IMG/VR virus record: IMGVR_UViG_3300034284_002648
Span: 16,258-80,257 of that record
DNA from: a virus
Direction: 5' to 3' (one strand)
Length of the DNA stretch: 64,000 bases
The position numbers and the translations under genes were made by a program. How positions within the stretch are numbered: position 1 is the stretch's first letter; the number at the start of each line of letters is the position of its first letter. This document shows positions 58,596-64,000 of this stretch, piece by piece. Below the pieces are notes generated by a model, which was given only the letters and a program-made list of their open reading frames with translations, was not told where the DNA came from and did no database searches.

Positions 58596-60794
58596 TTAAA
58601 TTAGACAAGCGCCGCCAGCGCAACTAATTTCCTCTATTCCGGCAGTATTATCCTCTGTCTCAGCCAGTTGCGTATAATCGACTTTCTTAAAACTATCGAA
58701 TAGATCACAATAAATTTTCCAATTATAAACATCTTTCATACAATAGGTGAGTCTTCTGACGTCTCCATCAAAATACTTACCAGCAAAATTTTTCATTTTG
58801 GTAACGAACTTAAGCTTATTTTCAGAATCATTTTCTTTTGCTTGGTTCATAGATACATAATCACATGCTGCCCATAGATTATTATCAAAAGCATTTAAAC
58901 CAAGTTCTATCAGTCCAGAACACCACAGAGCCGCATCTCCATACTCCTTCACTATTTCTCTACTAGTATATACAGTAGTAAATGGTGCTTGAGGATAGTC
59001 TTTGTCTCCGCTTTGAGGTATTAAACTAATACCAGCAAAATATTTTCGATTATCATAAATGTATTTAGTAACATCCTTCCATTCATCTGGTTTAACAGTA
59101 ACGGTATTACTTACATTATGACTCAGATATTCTTGTGTGCAAAGAGATCTGTTTTTACCAGAGTACACCCAATTTTTCTGTGTTTCCTTTACAATAGTTA
59201 ACATTTCAACCGCAGGCAGTTGATTCTTTAACTTTGCTCCATCTGGAACCTCTATGGGGAACTTGATTACTTCGTCAGTATTATTTGCTGACCAAGAAGA
59301 TCTTTCGCAGGCTTGGGGGTTTAACTTTTTAAAGTGTTGGTACGGTGCCTCTAAAACATTGGCCTGTACGTGTCTTATATATCGTTTAGCATGGTGAGGA
59401 TGAATACCAGACGAAGTACCAAGCATACTAGAAGAAGTTCCTTCTGGTTTGAGGCAAGTAACTCTGGCAGCTTGATTGATATTGATCTTTTTTGATAGTT
59501 CTTTGTTAGTTTCTACAGCGATTTTGGCACCTTGCTTTAATACGTTTTCTGTTAAAACTATGTCGTGCTTTTCCATAATCCCGGTCAAAGAAACACCTAG
59601 TAGTGCTTCTCTCTGGAAGATTTTTTGACTAATTTCTCCCAGATATTCAAGGTTGGTAAATCCTGCTTGCAGTGTGCCAATAATGGCTGCTGCTTTGCAT
59701 CTTTCATAAAAATCATTTTCGTCTGTAACAGATGAACAGTTGATGGTTGATAGATTACACCCTTGCCAACCGGACTCACCAGTTTCTTCGTCCACCGGCC
59801 ACATACCAACTTCTACACATGGATTAAATGTCATTTCTGTTGAATCACTCCATATGAATCCTGGTTCCCCAAACTCCTTGACACTTTCCATCAATGCTTT
59901 GAATTCGTCAAATGATGTACTATCTTTTAAAAGAAGAGCTGAATTATTGCTTCTTGCTCTTTGTGGATTTTCCATATACCAATTACCTGTTTTGGCTTTT
60001 GCCATTTCTTCATCATCAGCACTAAATAGAGCTAATGATGCGCTTCTTCTAACGCCGCCAGATAATACAGCATCACTGCTATGCATAATAATATCGTATG
60101 CATCAATAGGTCTTAGTTTTTTCTGACCGCTAGCAACGCATCTGTCTAAAAGTGCCCTAATCTTTTCAAGACCATTTTGTAGTGGCTCAAATCCCGGAGC
60201 CTTACCAACACCAGAAGATAGTTTGGCACCTTTACCTCTAATATTAGAGTAATCAAATACTACATATTGATCTTTGTACTTCTTAAACTTTTCTTCGCTA
60301 GCTTTAGTAAAGTAGGAACTTAGCAATGCTCCAAGAGCATCTGACCATCCTTCGATACTATCTTCTATTATATACTTAATGCCAGTATCTTGATCTTTTT
60401 TTGCTTGAGAAAGTGTTGGCAATTTAGCAACATGGTGTTTTTGCACACTAAAGCCTGTGCCACTACCGCACAATAATAGCCAGAAACACTCTTGGAAAAA
60501 TCTGAGGCGATCACAATACGAACTTGTGCAATTATATATCTTTGCATTTCTTTTTAAGATTGGTTCCCCGCCAAATTGTAATGCTCTTTGAGAACCTAGG
60601 ATTTTCTTTTTGTACATCATATCATATGCCCAATCAATATCTGGGCCTATATTTTTGTCTGCATATTTGGTATGCATCATATCTCTAACTCTATCGACTG
60701 CTTCTTTCCAAGTTTCTCTTCTATTCTTATCTTCTATCCAACGGGCATATTTACTAACAAATGTATAATTCTGTAACTCTTGTAAAGCAGACAT
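58596..60794 (-). CDS. nrdJ: Class II (adenosylcobalamin-dependent) ribonucleotide reductase, monomeric RTPR type
   Basis: YNCT, GSGTGFSV, GGVRRSA, NPCVE, CNLS, KPEGTSS, C-terminal CAGGAC; no nrdB in the window. Confidence 0.9.
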   Translation of the reverse strand: MSALQELQNYTFVSKYARWIEDKNRRETWKEAVDRVRDMMHTKYADKNIGPDIDWAYDMMYKKKILGSQRALQFGGEPILKRNAKIYNCTSSYCDRLRFFQECFWLLLCGSGTGFSVQKHHVAKLPTLSQAKKDQDTGIKYIIEDSIEGWSDALGALLSSYFTKASEEKFKKYKDQYVVFDYSNIRGKGAKLSSGVGKAPGFEPLQNGLEKIRALLDRCVASGQKKLRPIDAYDIIMHSSDAVLSGGVRRSASLALFSADDEEMAKAKTGNWYMENPQRARSNNSALLLKDSTSFDEFKALMESVKEFGEPGFIWSDSTEMTFNPCVEVGMWPVDEETGESGWQGCNLSTINCSSVTDENDFYERCKAAAIIGTLQAGFTNLEYLGEISQKIFQREALLGVSLTGIMEKHDIVLTENVLKQGAKIAVETNKELSKKININQAARVTCLKPEGTSSSMLGTSSGIHPHHAKRYIRHVQANVLEAPYQHFKKLNPQACERSSWSANNTDEVIKFPIEVPDGAKLKNQLPAVEMLTIVKETQKNWVYSGKNRSLCTQEYLSHNVSNTVTVKPDEWKDVTKYIYDNRKYFAGISLIPQSGDKDYPQAPFTTVYTSREIVKEYGDAALWCSGLIELGLNAFDNNLWAACDYVSMNQAKENDSENKLKFVTKMKNFAGKYFDGDVRRLTYCMKDVYNWKIYCDLFDSFKKVDYTQLAETEDNTAGIEEISCAGGACLI

Positions 60795-60918
60795 AGACTC
60801 TCCTATAAGTTCTTAATAAAGAAATGTGTAGATAACACAGGTCGTATTAAAGATAGAAAATTTTGTTTTCATTCTGTGTTACCGTTATAATCCATTGATT
60901 CAACGTATTGTATTTACT

Positions 60919-61386
60919 TCATAATACACCAGCAACATCTTTCAGCCAAGAAAGATCTGCATTAACTTTGTGAATTTCCATTTTGCTCATTGACATAAAA
61001 ATATCAAATCTTTTTTGTGCTTCTTCATCAAATAAATGTGTTCCATGATCATCTATCATATAGACCTTTTTAATTCCTTCTTGCCATAATGCTATGATAC
61101 AATCATTGCAACATTGGCCAGTGACATATGCTATTCCATTATCTGGTCTAACAACACAATTAGACAGAGCATTTCTTTCAGAGTGTACCATCCACGGATA
61201 TTTATCTGGTCTAGATGTGGGTAGTTTAGAATCATCTAAACCTCTAGGGAAACCATTATAACCAACACCCAAAATTCTATTATTAGAGTCTGTTATTACA
61301 CAACCATGTTTTGTGTGTATATCATGACTACGTTGAGCGACTATTTTAGCTAGTCCTAAAAAATAATTAATCCAGTCTGGTCGCAT
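60919..61386 (-). CDS. dCMP deaminase (ComEB/dCMP deaminase family)
   Basis: GVGYNGFPRG, HSERNAL, CCNDC Zn motifs. Confidence 0.9.
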   Translation of the reverse strand: MRPDWINYFLGLAKIVAQRSHDIHTKHGCVITDSNNRILGVGYNGFPRGLDDSKLPTSRPDKYPWMVHSERNALSNCVVRPDNGIAYVTGQCCNDCIIALWQEGIKKVYMIDDHGTHLFDEEAQKRFDIFMSMSKMEIHKVNADLSWLKDVAGVL

Positions 61387-61389
61387 TTC

Positions 61390-61635
61390 CTATTTTTCTA
61401 GCAATTTTTTGTAAAAAACTAAAGATGCAGTGGCTCCTACCACTCCCATCAATATTCCGGCTGGTTGAAGAGGCGTCATGCCCAACAGGTATGTTATTGT
61501 ACCTCCTGCATACGATCCTGCAACCCCTAAAGCTATTGTTTTTACAAAACCAAAGTTTTCTTCTCCAGGAACTAAAGTTTTTGCTATTGATCCAACAAAA
61601 ATGCCATATACACACCATACTAAAAGACTAAACAT
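61390..61635 (-). CDS. GlsB/YeaQ/YmgE (transglycosylase-associated) small membrane protein
   Basis: Three TM helices; GIFVGSIAKTLVPG...TIALGVAGSYAGG...MGVVGA. Confidence 0.85.
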   Translation of the reverse strand: MFSLLVWCVYGIFVGSIAKTLVPGEENFGFVKTIALGVAGSYAGGTITYLLGMTPLQPAGILMGVVGATASLVFYKKLLEK

Positions 61636-62032
61636 TTGCTGCCTCCACTAGGGTTTGAATCTCATCCTTGGTTAATGTTTCTCCTACATCTAATATTGCA
61701 TTTAATAAAGATAATGAATATTTATTATAATCTTCTTTATTCAATTCTCTTCTAAGAATTTTTTTGATTCTCATTTTCGTGAACCATCCACGATGTACGC
61801 TATAATGTTTGATTTCTGATCCATATAGATCACACTTATCTGTTAATGAATAATTTCCAGATAATTTATTTTTATTGCATTCTTGTAATATTCTTATACA
61901 AGTTAATATTATACTAATCATCATTAGTATTGTAATAATTGCAAATCCGCACCTATCATTATTTGATCTGGAAATAGAAGATTTTTCTAGTACTTTAATA
62001 GCAATACTTTTTAACTTCTCATTATTTTCCAT
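61628..62032 (-). CDS. Single-TM membrane protein
   Basis: Hydrophobic FAIITILMMISIILTCI segment. Confidence 0.65.
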   Translation of the reverse strand: MENNEKLKSIAIKVLEKSSISRSNNDRCGFAIITILMMISIILTCIRILQECNKNKLSGNYSLTDKCDLYGSEIKHYSVHRGWFTKMRIKKILRRELNKEDYNKYSLSLLNAILDVGETLTKDEIQTLVEAANV

Positions 62033-62033
62033 A

Positions 62034-62390
62034 TTATTTTACTCTTTGTTTAGGTAGAGGACAAACACCATTTGGACAATTGTTTTTTGATGGTGGTTGA
62101 GGTGCTGGAGTTATGGATTTAATAGGTCCAATTGATATAATACTTGGATTTTGTTTTTCTGGTTCGCAATATGTACATTCAATTTTTTTAATGCCATCAC
62201 CGCTCATATACCAGCCCTTACCAACACAAACTGGACAGTCTTTTCTGTTATATTTTTTATTAGTTTCGCCAACATGCTTGGCTTTTATAATACCTCCAGC
62301 CACGACTACTGGGGCAGTTGTAGAACCATAGTAATGAGATTGAGAAAACCACAATCCTACACATAATAATGCTACTGATAATTTATTCAT
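62034..62390 (-). CDS. Secreted/membrane-anchored protein with a DnaJ-like Zn knuckle and a CPNGVCP tail
   Basis: N-terminal signal-like MNKLSVALLCVGLWF; CPVCVGKG...CTYC; C-terminal CPNGVCP. Confidence 0.65.
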   Translation of the reverse strand: MNKLSVALLCVGLWFSQSHYYGSTTAPVVVAGGIIKAKHVGETNKKYNRKDCPVCVGKGWYMSGDGIKKIECTYCEPEKQNPSIISIGPIKSITPAPQPPSKNNCPNGVCPLPKQRVK

Positions 62391-62584
62391 TTTTTATTTC
62401 TCCATGGTAGAATATTATCTACTATATTTTTTATAGGTCTTGGTCTGTTCGGTTTGGGAACATCCACTTTGGGTTTTGGAGAAAACTTTTTCTGAGTTTT
62501 ATTAAACAGCGCAGCTAGTCTTTCAATGATACTAATGATCATATTGATGACAGCTCTAATTTCGAGTCTTTCTCTTAAATTCAT
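62387..62584 (-). CDS. Small basic amphipathic protein
   Basis: 65 aa; GAGG RBS; ATGA overlap with the next gene. Confidence 0.6.
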   Translation of the reverse strand: MNLRERLEIRAVINMIISIIERLAALFNKTQKKFSPKPKVDVPKPNRPRPIKNIVDNILPWRNKK

Positions 62585-62647
62585 TATTACCTCAAATAAA
62601 AAGATGTATATATTAATACACCAATTTTATTTAGGATCTGTTTTGAA

Positions 62648-63574
62648 TTATAGATATGTTTCGAAGCCGTAGTCTGGTAATTTCTGTAGAGGAAAACCGT
62701 CGAAACCACTAAAGGCATACGAACCATTTTGGCTTAACATACCAGCAGCCACGTCGGCATGGATTAAAAATGAGCCCTCTGGAATTGGACCCCATTCTGG
62801 ATGTCCTCCGTCGTTCCATTTGCCCCAACTATTTTGTACAAGAAATGCTGGTTCACCATTTGTGTCATCACAAGCAATCCATGCCATGCAATGTCCCCAG
62901 CTTCCAGATTGTTTAGCAAAACCTTTCTTGTCTCTTGTACTGCTAAAACCATAATTGCTACATACTGCTAATCCATAACCATTAGCTAAAGCATCTCTTG
63001 CTTCTTCTACTGTTCTAATTAGTGAGGCTGTTCGTATTTGATGATCATTCGCTAGATCTAATACCTTGTCTGGTAATCCTCTTCCTCCCCAACTAGCACC
63101 TAGATTACCATTATATTTAGTAAAATCAGCAATACCTGGATAATTTTTTCTAACAACTATACCACCAACCTTACTCACAAATTCAGCGGCTCTAGCACAA
63201 CTCATACCTTGTCCAGAAAAGCCCCTGTATCCGTATATTGCTTCGGTTGCACCTTTTGCAACCCAGTCTTCTCTCTCATTTCCAATATCTATTTCTACTG
63301 CTCTGGTTACGTCACAAGCATTGCGTGTTCCATGACTAACACAATCCCCAGTAGTTTGTCTTTCATTGTATGGATTTTTATCAAATTTTAAAACACTTTT
63401 GAATGGTGTTGAAAGTTTGCCTTTGCCTGTACCGCTTATTCTTCTACTAGCATCTCCAAATAATGGATATTTGGATGTTTCCATCAAATGATCATATACA
63501 TGTTGTTCCCAAATACATCCAGAAAATCCTTTACGATAATTATCGTATAATTCTTTAGGGGTATAGCGTGGCAT
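62648..63574 (-). CDS. Papain-like (C1-type) cysteine peptidase
   Basis: Q-TTGD-C-VSHG (oxyanion Gln and catalytic Cys), GHCMAW (His), QNSWG (Asn). Confidence 0.85.
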   Translation of the reverse strand: MPRYTPKELYDNYRKGFSGCIWEQHVYDHLMETSKYPLFGDASRRISGTGKGKLSTPFKSVLKFDKNPYNERQTTGDCVSHGTRNACDVTRAVEIDIGNEREDWVAKGATEAIYGYRGFSGQGMSCARAAEFVSKVGGIVVRKNYPGIADFTKYNGNLGASWGGRGLPDKVLDLANDHQIRTASLIRTVEEARDALANGYGLAVCSNYGFSSTRDKKGFAKQSGSWGHCMAWIACDDTNGEPAFLVQNSWGKWNDGGHPEWGPIPEGSFLIHADVAAGMLSQNGSYAFSGFDGFPLQKLPDYGFETYL

Positions 63575-63999
63575 TACTTACTACTTTCATTACAAGCCCA
63601 AGCTAATGCATTAAAAGCATCCACAGCTTTTGCTCTTAGCTCTGGAGATAATAATATCTGATCTTCACCGATACTAGTAACAACAACTGCTTTTGCCGCA
63701 CTAGGTAAGCTAGAATATTTGCCTTTGATATCTAGTTTTAACATAACTCCAGCCAAACCATTTGCCTGACGGATATCTTCTGTATTTTTAATAACCATAT
63801 CTTCTCCATCAAGTTCTACTAATTTAGCAACATCTATATATAGATCTCTTAGCCTTCTAGCATCGGCCTTATGATCAACAACGGAGTTTAGTACCTTAAT
63901 AACTTCTTCAGCAGCAACCTTAAGTGCTTCATTAGATGGGGCAGGTAGTTCAAGAACATCTACCGCTACAGGTCTTGGCCTAAAACCATTAGATAGATC
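63574..63999 (-). CDS. 5'-truncated hypothetical protein
   Basis: The frame of the 63574..63798 ORF is open to the window edge (DLSNGFRPRPVAVDVLELPAPSNEALK...DMVIKNTEDIRQAN). Confidence 0.7.
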   Translation of the reverse strand, partial: DLSNGFRPRPVAVDVLELPAPSNEALKVAAEEVIKVLNSVVDHKADARRLRDLYIDVAKLVELDGEDMVIKNTEDIRQANGLAGVMLKLDIKGKYSSLPSAAKAVVVTSIGEDQILLSPELRAKAVDAFNALAWACNESSK

Positions 64000-64000
64000 T

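Noticed and set aside
60795-60918. Canonical cobalamin riboswitch or NrdR box upstream of nrdJ
   Set aside because: The region is short and AT-rich, with no recognisable B12-box or NrdR palindrome. It is kept only as a generic structured leader.
1-64000. Alternative genetic code (TAG/TGA recoding)
   Set aside because: Code 11 already gives near-complete coding density with ORFs over 2000 aa, and TAG and TGA end genes at sensible positions.
1-64000. tRNA/rRNA genes, integrase or IS elements
   Set aside because: None was recognised, and intergenic gaps are mostly too short. No tRNAscan could be run.

Overview
This is a gene-dense, AT-rich segment of a large tailed dsDNA phage genome (Caudoviricetes). 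A Planctomycetota-like aquatic host is a weak inference. Two arms converge at ~35.5 kb. The + arm (1-35506) encodes large putative virion, tail and adhesin proteins built from lectin-like domains (LamG, PA-IL-like, CBM-like), YVTN and RCC1 beta-propellers and a repeated Cys-bounded domain, joined by many long Thr/Pro/Ser mucin-like tracts. The - arm (35512-64000) holds a GT4 glycosyltransferase with a very AT-rich cluster of degenerate GT/NTP-transferase/MTase-like genes. It also holds the replication, recombination and nucleotide-metabolism genes: SSB, an intein-free split DnaE with a DnaQ-like exonuclease between its halves, a Cas4/AddB-like nuclease, dNMP kinase, DnaG, DnaB, a UvsY-like protein, RecA/UvsX, HNH, PhoH, class II RNR and dCMP deaminase. 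The right end is a cluster of small membrane or secreted proteins with a papain-like peptidase. The most notable candidates are (i) a mucin-like, possibly self-glycosylated virion coat, (ii) the intein-less split C-family polymerase, (iii) nested domain insertions in the 2370-aa adhesin, (iv) a likely AUU start codon and (v) a recurring (GG)TGTATWAW promoter-like motif. All calls come from motif recognition by eye; no searches were run.
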